This document shows positions 18,769 to 28,118 of a DNA stretch of 64,000 nt, one piece after another. This DNA is from Gammaproteobacteria bacterium (GTDB lineage Bacteria > Pseudomonadota > Gammaproteobacteria > SZUA-229): the NCBI GenBank assembly GCA_030595185.1, contig JAUVDT010000001.1, forward strand, positions 491 to 64,490, given 5' to 3'. The translations under genes were made by a program, and so were the position numbers. Below the pieces are notes generated by a model. That model was not told the DNA's origin. It saw only the letters and a list, made by a program, of their open reading frames with translations, and did no database searches. The stretch's first letter is position 1. Each line of letters starts with the position of its first letter.

Positions 18769-19344
18769 TTAAAGCTCCAGCTCTTCCGAAAGATAAGGTG
18801 CATGTTGCTCTACTTCTCGTTTATGCTTTACTCCCCATTCATTGTGTAATTGTTTTTGGCCGTTATGTTCACCGTGTGAATAGCCGAAAGCGGTTGCATC
18901 TAAAAATTCGATACCTGCAAAATTATAATTATGGGCAATTGCGTGGCATTCTGTATGTAAGGCAACACAATTTACAGTTTCTTTCATAAAGTCGGAATGA
19001 TGCGTTTTTCCTTGAGTAGTTATCCCGAATCGTTTAGGTAAGACGTGATGGAATTGAACCGTGCCATTTCTAACTATTACATTGTGGTCAAAATAAGCAT
19101 CTAAATCTTTATCCGCTACATCTTCAAGATCAAAAAGCATTCCATCAATAAAGGTTTTTCCACAAAAGGCGCAGGCATGTTTTTGCCTCGCTAATACAGT
19201 TGTTTTAACGTCGTCTCTAAATTTAAGCTGTAATAATATTGCTTTTGATCCTTCTGAGTTCTTTCGCTGATCAGTCAGAAGTTGTGTTTGATGTTTAAGT
19301 TTATTCGTGGCGAGTTCGAAAGCGGAAAGCGTACCAGTAGACAT
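18769..19344 (-). CDS. HNH-endonuclease-domain protein
   Basis: CAFCGK...QFHHVLPKRFG...NCVALHTECHAIAH fits the HNH/His-Me finger pattern (CxxC...HH..P...N...CH..H). Convergent with the phosphoesterase, stops 6 nt apart. Confidence 0.45.
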   Translation of the reverse strand: MSTGTLSAFELATNKLKHQTQLLTDQRKNSEGSKAILLQLKFRDDVKTTVLARQKHACAFCGKTFIDGMLFDLEDVADKDLDAYFDHNVIVRNGTVQFHHVLPKRFGITTQGKTHHSDFMKETVNCVALHTECHAIAHNYNFAGIEFLDATAFGYSHGEHNGQKQLHNEWGVKHKREVEQHAPYLSEELEL

Positions 19345-19775
19345 ATAATCCTCCGTGATTAATCAGTAATATCCAATGAATTTAAGATTAGCAGAATTTA
19401 CGAGCTGTGTAAAAATAAAAGGGGCGATGAAGTTATCGCTCCTTACTTACATCTGTGTAGGCAACAAATGAGAGTTATTGGTGTTTGTCACCGATCCCTT
19501 TAATAGTTTCTAAAATGAGTTGGCGTAATTAAGGAAGTGGTAATCTTTATAATAAATATGGTTGGCTTAAACTCACTGAAGTGATCACTTTTTAGAATAA
19601 ATTATTGAGACTAGTGTCAATAATAAGTAGTCATTTAGCACTTTCTTATATAAGAGTTATCATGATTTTCTTGTGAATTATTTGATTTATATCTCTTGTA
19701 ATAAAACAATTAAAGGATTGTAATTAGCTATTGAGATGATAAATCTATCTACATATCTGCATGGAGGTTTCAAGT

Positions 19776-20474
19776 ATGGGTTTAGTAGTCGCAGAAAATG
19801 TTGTTAAAACCTATTGTATGGGTGATGTCGAAGTGAACGCCATTAAGGGTGTGAGCTTTGAAATAGAGCCTGCATCCTTCGTGTCTTTTGTTGGCCCTTC
19901 CGGAAGCGGTAAGAGTACCTTACTTAATATGATCGGTTGTCTTGATCACCCTAGCTCAGGCAAGTTAACGGTAGCAGGTACCGATATCAGTAGCTTAAAT
20001 CGACAGTCATCTGCCAGCTTTCGTGGTGATAATATCGGATTTATTTTTCAGGATTTCAATTTGATACCTGTACTGACCATAGAAGAAAATGTTGAATATC
20101 CATTGTTAATGGTGCAGGACTGGCCAGTCTCTAAGCGCAAAGCACGAGTCAGGGAATTACTCGAAGCAGTTGGTATAACAGAGCAGGCAAACAAATATCC
20201 ACATCAATTATCAGGTGGTCAAAAGCAACGTGTTGCAATAGCTAGAGCCTTAGTGACACATGCAAAACTAATTCTTGCCGATGAGCCTACTGCTAATCTT
20301 GATCACGATACGGCCTACCGTATTATAGAGCTAATGAAAAAGATGCGGGATGAATATGGATCGACATTTATCTTTTCCACTCATGATCCTAAAATTATGG
20401 ATGCAGCTGAAATTATTTATACTCTAGAAGATGGAAAACTAAACCAGCAGCAGGGAGGTGATAGCCATGAATAA
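19776..20474 (+). CDS. ABC transporter ATP-binding protein (LolD/MacB-type)
   Basis: Walker A GPSGSGKST. Signature LSGGQKQRVAIARAL. Walker B ILADEPTANLD. RBS ggagg. Confidence 0.9.
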   Translation: MGLVVAENVVKTYCMGDVEVNAIKGVSFEIEPASFVSFVGPSGSGKSTLLNMIGCLDHPSSGKLTVAGTDISSLNRQSSASFRGDNIGFIFQDFNLIPVLTIEENVEYPLLMVQDWPVSKRKARVRELLEAVGITEQANKYPHQLSGGQKQRVAIARALVTHAKLILADEPTANLDHDTAYRIIELMKKMRDEYGSTFIFSTHDPKIMDAAEIIYTLEDGKLNQQQGGDSHE

Positions 20475-21711
20475 GCTTATAAAAATCGCAGCACGTAATC
20501 TATTACGCTACCAGCGCCGTACATTTCTGACAACATTGCTTATAACGATAGGTGTGGTTGCGATGTTATTGTTTGTAAGTACTTCCGGTTCGTTTAAAGC
20601 GATGATGGTCGGGCAGATAACAGACTCTATGATTGGGCATTTTCAGATCCATAAAAAAGGTTATGTCTCATCTATTGATAGCCTGCCGCTGACAATGAAT
20701 ATGAGCCCCAAGATGTTTGAAAAAGCACAGGCGTTTATCAGCGAGCGCGATGATATCGAAGCCTGGTCACCGCGAATCAAACTGGGTGCCATGTTCAGTA
20801 ATTTTTCTCAGACAACAAATATTCGACTTAACGGCGTTGACCCTGAAAAAGAAATTGCCACTTGCCCTGAATTACCTAAACGAATAATAGCCGGTAAAAA
20901 AGAAGGCCTGATTGAAAAAGGAAAAATTCTGATACCGGAATTAATTGCCAAAGGCCTGAAAATAAAACCGGGTGATAGCATTGTATTAGTAGCAACCAAT
21001 AAAGATGGTTCAGTTAATGGCATAAACTTTATTGTGCAGGGAATACTTGAAGGTATTTCCGGGCCAGGTGGTCGTGATGGTTATATGCATATTGAAGATG
21101 CCCGTGAATTACTGCGTATGGAAGACAATGAAATTAGTGAAATTGCCGTGCGTCTTAAAAAACCATCCAGTTTAAAAAAGACACTGGGAGATTTATCTGC
21201 CTCAATGGGGGCATTAAAAAATCAAAAAGGTAAACCTGCTTTTGAAATTCATGGCTGGAATAAGCTGTCTCCTTTTTCCAATATCGCGAAGATGATCGAC
21301 CTGATGACTTTGTTCATAAATATTATGCTGGTTTCAATCGTATTAATCAGTGTTATGAATGTAATGATTATGGCCGTCTACGAACGAATTCGTGAAATTG
21401 GAACAATTGCCGCCATGGGCACGCAACCCAGTGCCATCCTGAAACTGTTTATCAGCGAAGGCCTGTTACTTGGAATTCTTGGTGCTTTTATTGGTTCTGT
21501 TCTAAGCGTTATTATTATCGTTGTATTGCAACAGGCTGAAATTACCTTTTCATTTGGTCGCCAGACAGGACTTGTGCTTTACCCTGTGATTGGAATTAAA
21601 GATATTTTGTTAGCATCGAGCATGGTTATTGTTGTTGCAGTGTTAGCTAGTGTTCAGCCAGCATGGAAAGCATCCAAGATGGATCCTATTGACGCATTAC
21701 GCCACGTTTGA
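20467..21711 (+). CDS. ABC transporter permease, FtsX/LolCE family
   Basis: N-terminal TM, large periplasmic domain, three C-terminal TMs (MacB/LolE topology). Overlaps the ATPase stop by 8 nt. Confidence 0.8.
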   Translation: MNKLIKIAARNLLRYQRRTFLTTLLITIGVVAMLLFVSTSGSFKAMMVGQITDSMIGHFQIHKKGYVSSIDSLPLTMNMSPKMFEKAQAFISERDDIEAWSPRIKLGAMFSNFSQTTNIRLNGVDPEKEIATCPELPKRIIAGKKEGLIEKGKILIPELIAKGLKIKPGDSIVLVATNKDGSVNGINFIVQGILEGISGPGGRDGYMHIEDARELLRMEDNEISEIAVRLKKPSSLKKTLGDLSASMGALKNQKGKPAFEIHGWNKLSPFSNIAKMIDLMTLFINIMLVSIVLISVMNVMIMAVYERIREIGTIAAMGTQPSAILKLFISEGLLLGILGAFIGSVLSVIIIVVLQQAEITFSFGRQTGLVLYPVIGIKDILLASSMVIVVAVLASVQPAWKASKMDPIDALRHV

Positions 21712-21721
21712 GGGTATCTCT

Positions 21722-22453
21722 ATGAAAAGGCATTTAATTACATTTCTATTATTACTACTCAGTCAGCCATCGTGGGCATTAGACGGCAATGTTCTGCTAG
21801 CTGAAATTGATCGTCGTTTGCAACCAGAATCGTACGAAATGTATCGTAAACTGATTAATATTGAACCCGATGGAGATCGTAAAGAGTTTGTTCTTTACAC
21901 TGTAAAAAAAGGCAAAGACAATGTTGTCGCTCTTTTTCTGGATCCTCCTAGTGAAAAAGGGCGCAGTAGTTTGAGACAGGGTGAAAATATGTGGCTATAC
22001 ATTCCGAATGTAGGCAAGCCATTGCGTATTACCAGTTTGCAATCTGTAGTTGGAGGTGTTTTTAATAACTCTGATTTATTAAGACTCGACTACAGTACCG
22101 AATATAATGCCAGTTCAGTGGTTGAAGAAAATAACCAATATATAATTGAGCTTAAAGCAAAAAATAGAAATGTGGCTTATGATCGCTTAAAAATGTGGGT
22201 CGATAAAAAATTAAAAGTACCGTTAACCATTGAAGCTTATGCGGCAAGTGGCTTATTAATTAAAACATTGCATTACAGTAAAATAAAAGATTTTGGTAAT
22301 GGTATTGTTCGTCCCGCCATGCTGGAAACTGACAGTCCATTGTATAAAGGTTACAAATCTGTGATGTTGTTTGATGGTATAAAAGCACGTGCTTTCAGTG
22401 AAGAAGTATTTACCTTAAATTATATGTCCAGAGTTGGTGAACTGCGCCAATGA
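21722..22453 (+). CDS. Outer-membrane lipoprotein-sorting (LolA-like) protein
   Basis: Signal peptide LLLLLSQPSWA. Size and beta-rich sequence with MWLYIPNVGKPLRIT are consistent with the LolA-like fold family that is encoded next to FtsX-type ABC transporters. Confidence 0.5.
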   Translation: MKRHLITFLLLLLSQPSWALDGNVLLAEIDRRLQPESYEMYRKLINIEPDGDRKEFVLYTVKKGKDNVVALFLDPPSEKGRSSLRQGENMWLYIPNVGKPLRITSLQSVVGGVFNNSDLLRLDYSTEYNASSVVEENNQYIIELKAKNRNVAYDRLKMWVDKKLKVPLTIEAYAASGLLIKTLHYSKIKDFGNGIVRPAMLETDSPLYKGYKSVMLFDGIKARAFSEEVFTLNYMSRVGELRQ

Positions 22454-23721
22454 GATTAAGTGCTCTTGTGTTTTCATGTCTGCCTCTTTTATGTCATGCA
22501 GAAGATTTTAGTTTTAATCTGTCAGACTATCAAAAGAGTACGTATGAATGGGGGGCAGTAATTGGAATTACTTCAGAGTCATTGCATTTAAATCAATCCG
22601 GTTCAATTTATAATCTCAATTTCTCCGATAACTCAGGTATTGATTCTTTAAATAGAGATACAGGCTCACTGGAATTAGAGGGCCTTTATCGCTTTGAAGT
22701 GTCATCAATACATTTCCGTGGGTTTTTAGAAAACCAGGAAGATCAACTGGGTTCACAACAGCAGTCTACTGTGCGGGAACTCTACTTTACGTATAAGGCC
22801 AGTGATAGCCTTAATTATGAATTTGGGAAACGTGTTCTAAAATGGGGTAAAGGTTATGCATGGAATCCTGTTGCTTTTGCTGAACGAGCTAAAGACCCTA
22901 ATGACCCCGATCTTAATCGCGAGGGTTTTATTTTGTTTACTGGTGACTATACAAAGACTTTTCCAAACAAAGATTTAAAAACAATTTCATTGACACCTTT
23001 TATCTTGCCTGTTGATAGTGATATTAATAATGACTTTGGAAATGAAGAAGATGTAAATGTTGGGGCAAAAATATATATGCTGTATCGAGATATCGATATT
23101 GATCTTATGTTTTTGAAAGGTAGTACTCGAGGCGATCGAATCGGTGTTGATTTTTCCACTAATCTGACAGCTAATTTTGAATGGCACGGTGAGTTATCTT
23201 ATCTGCAAGACCAGACAATAAATACCATTGATAGTAGTAATCAACTAGTTCAAGAAAATGAAGATATTATCCAAAGTTTAATTGGTATTCGTTATTTGAC
23301 TAAGTCAGATCTCACCTGGGTTATTGAATATTATCATAATAATGGTGGGTATGATTTAGATGAGCTTGAATCTTTTTATAGTCTGGCTAGCACTGATCCC
23401 GTAACACAGCCCATATTATTTACAACAGCTCAAAATGCTATGGCTGCTGGATTTGGTAAGACCAATCCCGGTAGAGATTATACTTATATACGTGTTAGTA
23501 AAAAAGATTTTATCGATATTGTCTATCTGGCAGGTAGTTTAACCAGTATCGTTAATGTAAATGATTCCAGTTACAGTTTTATGCCTGAACTAATATATAC
23601 AGGTGTAAAGGATATGGAAATACGTGCACGTATTATTTGGCTTCACGGTGATGAGAATACTGAGTTTGGAGAAAAAGCAAATGAGACAAAATTCGAGATT
23701 AGAATTCATTATTATATTTAA
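22450..23721 (+). CDS. Putative outer-membrane beta-barrel protein, last gene of the ABC operon
   Basis: ATGA overlap with the upstream gene. Signal peptide CLPLLCHA. Alternating hydrophobic pattern. C-terminus ...EIRIHYYI with aromatic terminal residues. Confidence 0.5.
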   Translation: MRLSALVFSCLPLLCHAEDFSFNLSDYQKSTYEWGAVIGITSESLHLNQSGSIYNLNFSDNSGIDSLNRDTGSLELEGLYRFEVSSIHFRGFLENQEDQLGSQQQSTVRELYFTYKASDSLNYEFGKRVLKWGKGYAWNPVAFAERAKDPNDPDLNREGFILFTGDYTKTFPNKDLKTISLTPFILPVDSDINNDFGNEEDVNVGAKIYMLYRDIDIDLMFLKGSTRGDRIGVDFSTNLTANFEWHGELSYLQDQTINTIDSSNQLVQENEDIIQSLIGIRYLTKSDLTWVIEYYHNNGGYDLDELESFYSLASTDPVTQPILFTTAQNAMAAGFGKTNPGRDYTYIRVSKKDFIDIVYLAGSLTSIVNVNDSSYSFMPELIYTGVKDMEIRARIIWLHGDENTEFGEKANETKFEIRIHYYI

Positions 23722-23833
23722 AATAGTTAACGAACAATCTATTTAATTAGAATAATAGGTGCTTATTTTATCTACTGATAAAAACTGTTCAGATTGCATT
23801 TGGTTTTGCTTTTTAAAAGTGATTGTTTTTTAG

Positions 23834-24758
23834 TTAATAAACAGGCTTCTCTCCTGTCGGTCTGGTTTTGTAGCGTTTATGAACCCAAAGATATTGCTCT
23901 GGATTATTTCTGACTAAGGCTTCATTGATGCTGTTGATTGTAGCAGCGTCCTGGTTGATATCATCTGTCGGGAAGTTTTTTACTTCTGGCTGAATAAATA
24001 TTTCATATATTACTTTACCTGTCTCTTCATGTTTATATCGTTTTATGTAGTACGGAATTAAAGCCGCACCACTTAATTTAGCTAAACGAGAGGCTGCGGT
24101 TATAGTGGTCGCCATTTTATTGAAATAAGGCGCAAAGACGATGTCTTTGCCACGAAGGTTTTGATCTGGTGCGTACCAGAGAACATGGTTGCATTTTAAT
24201 GCGGTAATCATTTTTCGAGGGTTGCTATTGTTTATGATCTGGCATAAATGTTCTTGTCGTTTTTTTAGCATTATATAATTAAATGCTTTATTTTTAGCCG
24301 CTTTAAATACAGCTTCTAACGGTATTTTTGTACTGAGAATGTAGGCCACCTACTTCAAGGCAGGTGAAATGCGATGTGATTAAAATGACGCCGTTATCTT
24401 TTTTAAGCGCTGTCGTTAGATACTCAAGTCCGTTAATTTTGGATGATTGTATGAGGCGTTTTAATTGCCACCAGGAAAGACCTATTTCGAGTGCGCCAAT
24501 ACCCAGTTGTTTGAAGTTTTCTTTGCAGAGAGTTTTAATCTCATTATCACTTTTATCAGGATAAGCTATTTTTAAGTTGATGGTAGCGACTCTGACTCGT
24601 GAGGGCTTGATATAATAAAGTAGCGTGCCCAAAGCGCTGCCAATAACGTCTAGCCAGCGTAGTGGCAGAAAAATAACTAACCTTAATAAAGCAAGAAAAA
24701 ACCAGGTCGACCAGTATTTAGGGTTTAGTATTAATTGTTTTAATGAGCTGCTTTCCAT
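23834..24758 (-). pseudogene. lpxL: Lipid A biosynthesis lauroyl/myristoyl acyltransferase LpxL/HtrB, split by a frameshift (or a sequencing error)
   Basis: Two overlapping minus-strand ORFs, 24303-24758 and 23834-24349. The N-terminal part (PKYWSTWFFLALLRLVIFLP...ITSHFTCLEVGG) and the C-terminal part (CNHVLWYAPDQN...AALIPYYIKR) together span the ~308 aa of LpxL. The frame changes near 24303-24349. Confidence 0.7.
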
Positions 24759-25005
24759 GCATGAGTACTCTTTAATTTATATTGAAATGTTATCCTAACA
24801 GGCTTGTGGTAAATTTAAATTGTTGATGTTTAGCATCATTTAATAATCTGGCACTATTGTTTTCTATTGTTTGCACATCTTACGCATGAGGAATGCATAG
24901 TTAGTTAGCAGGAAGCAGAAGCTGTCATTTGTTTTCGAATTCAGTGAAAAGTTTCTATTGCTAGAAAAGTTCACTGAACTTTATTACTGTGTCAGATAAC
25001 TACAG

Positions 25006-25224
25006 TTACTCTTTAGCTGCACAGGAAGAACAGCTGTTAAGTCCCAGTATTTTATACAGCGGGCAAAAACCAAGTGCACCTGTAAATAATGGAATTAGAC
25101 CTACCCAGCCCCAGGGTGTTTGTGGGCCTATAAATACCAGGCTTATTAAAATTAGGCCAATAATAATTCTTATTGGACGATCAATACCACCAACATTTAG
25201 CATAATAACATCTCCTTTCATCAA
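25006..25224 (-). CDS. DUF2892 small membrane protein (paralog of 8329-8529)
   Basis: MMKGDVIMLNVGGIDRPIRIIIGLILISL...FTGALGFCPLYKILG. Same GFCPL motif as the other copy. Confidence 0.55.
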   Translation of the reverse strand: MMKGDVIMLNVGGIDRPIRIIIGLILISLVFIGPQTPWGWVGLIPLFTGALGFCPLYKILGLNSCSSCAAKE

Positions 25225-25284
25225 AAATATTTAGTGATGAAAGTATGAGCTTTTAATTAATGTTTGTCGGTGACAAAGTCACAT

Positions 25285-25950
25285 TCAATCAGATGCATCT
25301 GCAAGCTGGTTTAGTGCGTCAGGTTTCAGTAGCTTTATTTCACCTCGCTGTTGCTCAATCCAGCCATTTTGTTCAAAGTGTTTTAATTGTCGGCTGATGA
25401 CTTCACGCGCGCTACCTAACTCTGTTGCTATGATTTGATGAGTAACATGTAGTATTTTCTGGTCAGGTTGCGAGAGAAGATAACGAGCAAGACGACGATT
25501 AATATGCTCAAAGCTTATGGATTCTACTAGCGAAATAACTTCTGTTAAACGTTGTCCGTAGGTATTAAAGATGAATGTACGAAATGATTCTGATTCAGTT
25601 AAACCATGATGGAAGGCTTTAGCAGGAATGGCAAGTGCGCGTACAGGTGTCTCGGTGATGCCTTCTGCAGGGTATCTGCTGTGGCCTAGTAAACACGATG
25701 TAGTTAGTACACATGAGCCACCACGTTTTACTCGGTATAATACTATTTCGCGTCCTGATTCACTACGAGCCAGAACTTTAATAGAACCATCAAGGACCAG
25801 GAGATAATTATCACAGTTGTCACCTTGATGAAAGGCTACGGTATTTGCAGGTAATGATATTACTTGCAAGCTGTTAGCAATAGTTGGTGATTGTTGTTCC
25901 AGTAGAGGGAAAAGCTCTTTCCAGTCTGTTTGTTGTGTTGAGTTAGTCAT
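25285..25950 (-). CDS. Crp/Fnr-family transcriptional regulator (Crp-type, no FNR cysteine cluster)
   Basis: cNMP-binding-like N-domain. C-terminal HTH ATELGSAREVISRQLKHFEQNGWI. Confidence 0.8.
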   Translation of the reverse strand: MTNSTQQTDWKELFPLLEQQSPTIANSLQVISLPANTVAFHQGDNCDNYLLVLDGSIKVLARSESGREIVLYRVKRGGSCVLTTSCLLGHSRYPAEGITETPVRALAIPAKAFHHGLTESESFRTFIFNTYGQRLTEVISLVESISFEHINRRLARYLLSQPDQKILHVTHQIIATELGSAREVISRQLKHFEQNGWIEQQRGEIKLLKPDALNQLADASD

Positions 25951-26046
25951 TATGATGTTGATTATAGCTTTTTAAATAATAAGGAGCAGGTCTAAATTAT
26001 TTCTAATATTTGATATTTTTAATGTATTAAAATAAAGATGCTGTGA

Positions 26047-26074
26047 AAGATTAGAAGTATTTTTATCTAATCTT
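26047..26074. promoter_or_regulatory. Candidate operator: perfect 8-bp inverted repeat aagattag-N12-ctaatctt between the divergent Crp-family regulator and the dsbB-like operon
   Basis: Read directly. Located ~110 bp upstream of the dsbB-like start and ~100 bp upstream of the regulator start. Confidence 0.3.
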
Positions 26075-26185
26075 CAATACTTAAGGTAAAATCCAGAATT
26101 GCATTATGTTTTACCTGTCTTAATAGGTTGTTGAAGGCGTCTTCCTGTTAACTAATTAGATAATAAAGAGAAAATATTTAATAAC

Positions 26186-26638
26186 ATGACACAAGATAAA
26201 ATAAAAATAGAGAGTCAGGAAGGGTGGTTGTTGATATTTGTCTGCTGGCTGATTGCTATGGCGGCTGTATTTGGCAGTTTATTTATGAGTGAGGTGATGG
26301 GTTTAAAACCCTGTGTTCTTTGCTGGTGGCAACGTATTTTCATTTATCCGTTAGCGGTACTGTTTCTGATTGGTTTGTTTCCTCAAGAACATAAAGTGGA
26401 TCGTTCTGTTGTTCGTTATACTCTTCCACTGGCTATTATTGGGTTGGGGTTTGCTATCTATCATTACCTCGTGTACTCGGGTTATATTCCTGAGTCTCTG
26501 CAGCCGTGTAGTGAAGATTTATCCTGTGCTGATATCAATTTAGAGCTAATGGGGTTTGTTACTATTCCAATGCTCTCTATTTTTGCTTATAGTGCCATTA
26601 TTACGCTTCTGCTTATTTTCCGAAAAAGGTTTTATTAA
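26186..26638 (+). CDS. Disulfide-bond formation protein B (DsbB/BdbC family)
   Basis: Four TM segments. First-loop CVLC and second-loop C...C (PCSEDLSCADI) pairs. Confidence 0.7.
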   Translation: MTQDKIKIESQEGWLLIFVCWLIAMAAVFGSLFMSEVMGLKPCVLCWWQRIFIYPLAVLFLIGLFPQEHKVDRSVVRYTLPLAIIGLGFAIYHYLVYSGYIPESLQPCSEDLSCADINLELMGFVTIPMLSIFAYSAIITLLLIFRKRFY

Positions 26639-27288
26639 TGAAAAAAAATATGATTGTTGTCGCTACGGCGATTGCGTTTGTTGTGCTTTTTGTAGCTGCA
26701 GCCACTGTTTATAATAAACAGAAAAATAGCGATTTAAGCAGTGTTTCGCTGGAAAAATCTGAGCATATACAGCGTGATTATTCCCCGCGAATGGGTCCTG
26801 TTGATGCGAAGGTAACCATTGTTGAGTTCTTTGACCCTGCGTGTGGAACCTGCGCTGCTTTCTATCCACTAGTAAAGCAAATAATAAAAGAAAATCCGGG
26901 TAAGGTTAATCTTGTCTTACGTTATTTACCACTACACCAAAATTCGGATGTTATTGTTAGTATCTTTGAAGCTGCGCGCTTGCAGGGACGCTTTAAAGAA
27001 ACACTGGAACGAGCCTATAAAACACATGGTGCATGGATTGAACATCATACGTCTAAACCGGGAAAATTCTGGGCCCAACTTGGCGGACTTGGTTTGGATA
27101 TGGAGAAGTTAAGCGAGGATATGCAGAGCGCTGAGATAGCCAGACGAATTAAACAGGATATGTTTGATGCAGAGCAGCTGAATGTCAGCAGAACACCGGG
27201 CTTTTTTGTTAATGGAAAGCCGCTGGTTCATTTCGGCTATAAGCAACTCCAGCAGTTAGTAGAATCTGAAATTGCAGCAAATTACTAA
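26638..27288 (+). CDS. Membrane-anchored DsbA/BdbD-like thioredoxin-fold oxidoreductase
   Basis: N-terminal TM anchor. Active site FFDPACGTCAAF (CxxC). Start overlaps the dsbB-like stop (ATGA-type coupling). Confidence 0.75.
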   Translation: MKKNMIVVATAIAFVVLFVAAATVYNKQKNSDLSSVSLEKSEHIQRDYSPRMGPVDAKVTIVEFFDPACGTCAAFYPLVKQIIKENPGKVNLVLRYLPLHQNSDVIVSIFEAARLQGRFKETLERAYKTHGAWIEHHTSKPGKFWAQLGGLGLDMEKLSEDMQSAEIARRIKQDMFDAEQLNVSRTPGFFVNGKPLVHFGYKQLQQLVESEIAANY

Positions 27289-27383
27289 TCAATCGATGTG
27301 CATTGGTCTTCTGCCGACAGACTGATGTTTTAACTCTTTGCTAAATCCGTATAATACCCGACTTTTGAATTGTCGGGTTGTCC

Positions 27384-27839
27384 ATGAAAAAGCTTAGTCT
27401 GCTTATTTTTCTTCTTTCTCTTTCTTCGCAATCGATTGCAGCTAATAGCCCTTTTTACATGGGGGTTAAGCTTGGGGTGGTCGAAAATAGTGGTGGTATT
27501 AGTGACGCTGCGGTGAATACTGCTTTTGACATTAGTTATGTGCATAACCGTCACCTTGCAACTGAAGTGGAAATTAGCCGGACACTGATTGATGGTGATA
27601 ACAATGGCAATAGCTGGAAAGCAGATTCACTTTCGGTGTTTGCGGCACTCCGCACTAGCGGTAGTGTAAAGCTTAAAATAAAAGTTGGTTTAACGGATCT
27701 TGATGGCGGTGATAGCCTCTCATTGGCAACAGGGCTGGGTATTAGTTACTGGTCACTTGGTGGTCTTGCTGAAGTTGAATACACACGTTTAGATGACGAG
27801 CTTTATTTTATTAGTTTTGGTGTCAATTATTTTTATTAG
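27384..27839 (+). CDS. Small outer-membrane beta-barrel protein (OmpX/OmpW-size)
   Basis: Signal peptide ending SIAA. Alternating beta pattern. C-terminal GVNYFY. Confidence 0.55.
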   Translation: MKKLSLLIFLLSLSSQSIAANSPFYMGVKLGVVENSGGISDAAVNTAFDISYVHNRHLATEVEISRTLIDGDNNGNSWKADSLSVFAALRTSGSVKLKIKVGLTDLDGGDSLSLATGLGISYWSLGGLAEVEYTRLDDELYFISFGVNYFY

Positions 27840-27847
27840 TTACAATA

Positions 27848-27975
27848 AATAATTGAGTGTCAGATTCAATACCAGTAAGTTAAGGGCGTAGGTGCGAATT
27901 TATTCGCACAATGAAGCTATTACACGAGGTTTTGTTCGAATAAATTCGAACCTACAATAGCTTAACTTATTGCCA
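27848..27975. repeat. Structured ~125-bp intergenic element: two ~35-bp inverted arms, each with an internal palindrome, bracketed by gtgtcagatt direct repeats
   Basis: Arm 1 taagttaagggcgtaggtgcgaatttattcgcac. Arm 2 (reverse complement) taagttaagctattgtaggttcgaatttattcgaac. Flanks gagtgtcagattcaatacc and ggtgtcagattacacc. Confidence 0.6.
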
Positions 27976-28042
27976 TTGGTGTCAGATTACACCGAGTTAA
28001 ATATTCTCGATAAACTGCACTGAATCGATTTATAGCGCGCAT

Positions 28043-28073
28043 AAAAAAACCGGTTGTTACATGCAACCGGCTT
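28043..28073 (-). terminator. Rho-independent terminator of the minus-strand lipoprotein gene
   Basis: Minus strand reads aagccggttgcatgtaacaaccggc followed by ttttttt. Confidence 0.75.
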
Positions 28074-28118
28074 AATTAAATTGTTAACTTATTTTATGAT
28101 GGCTAGGTTAAAACTATG

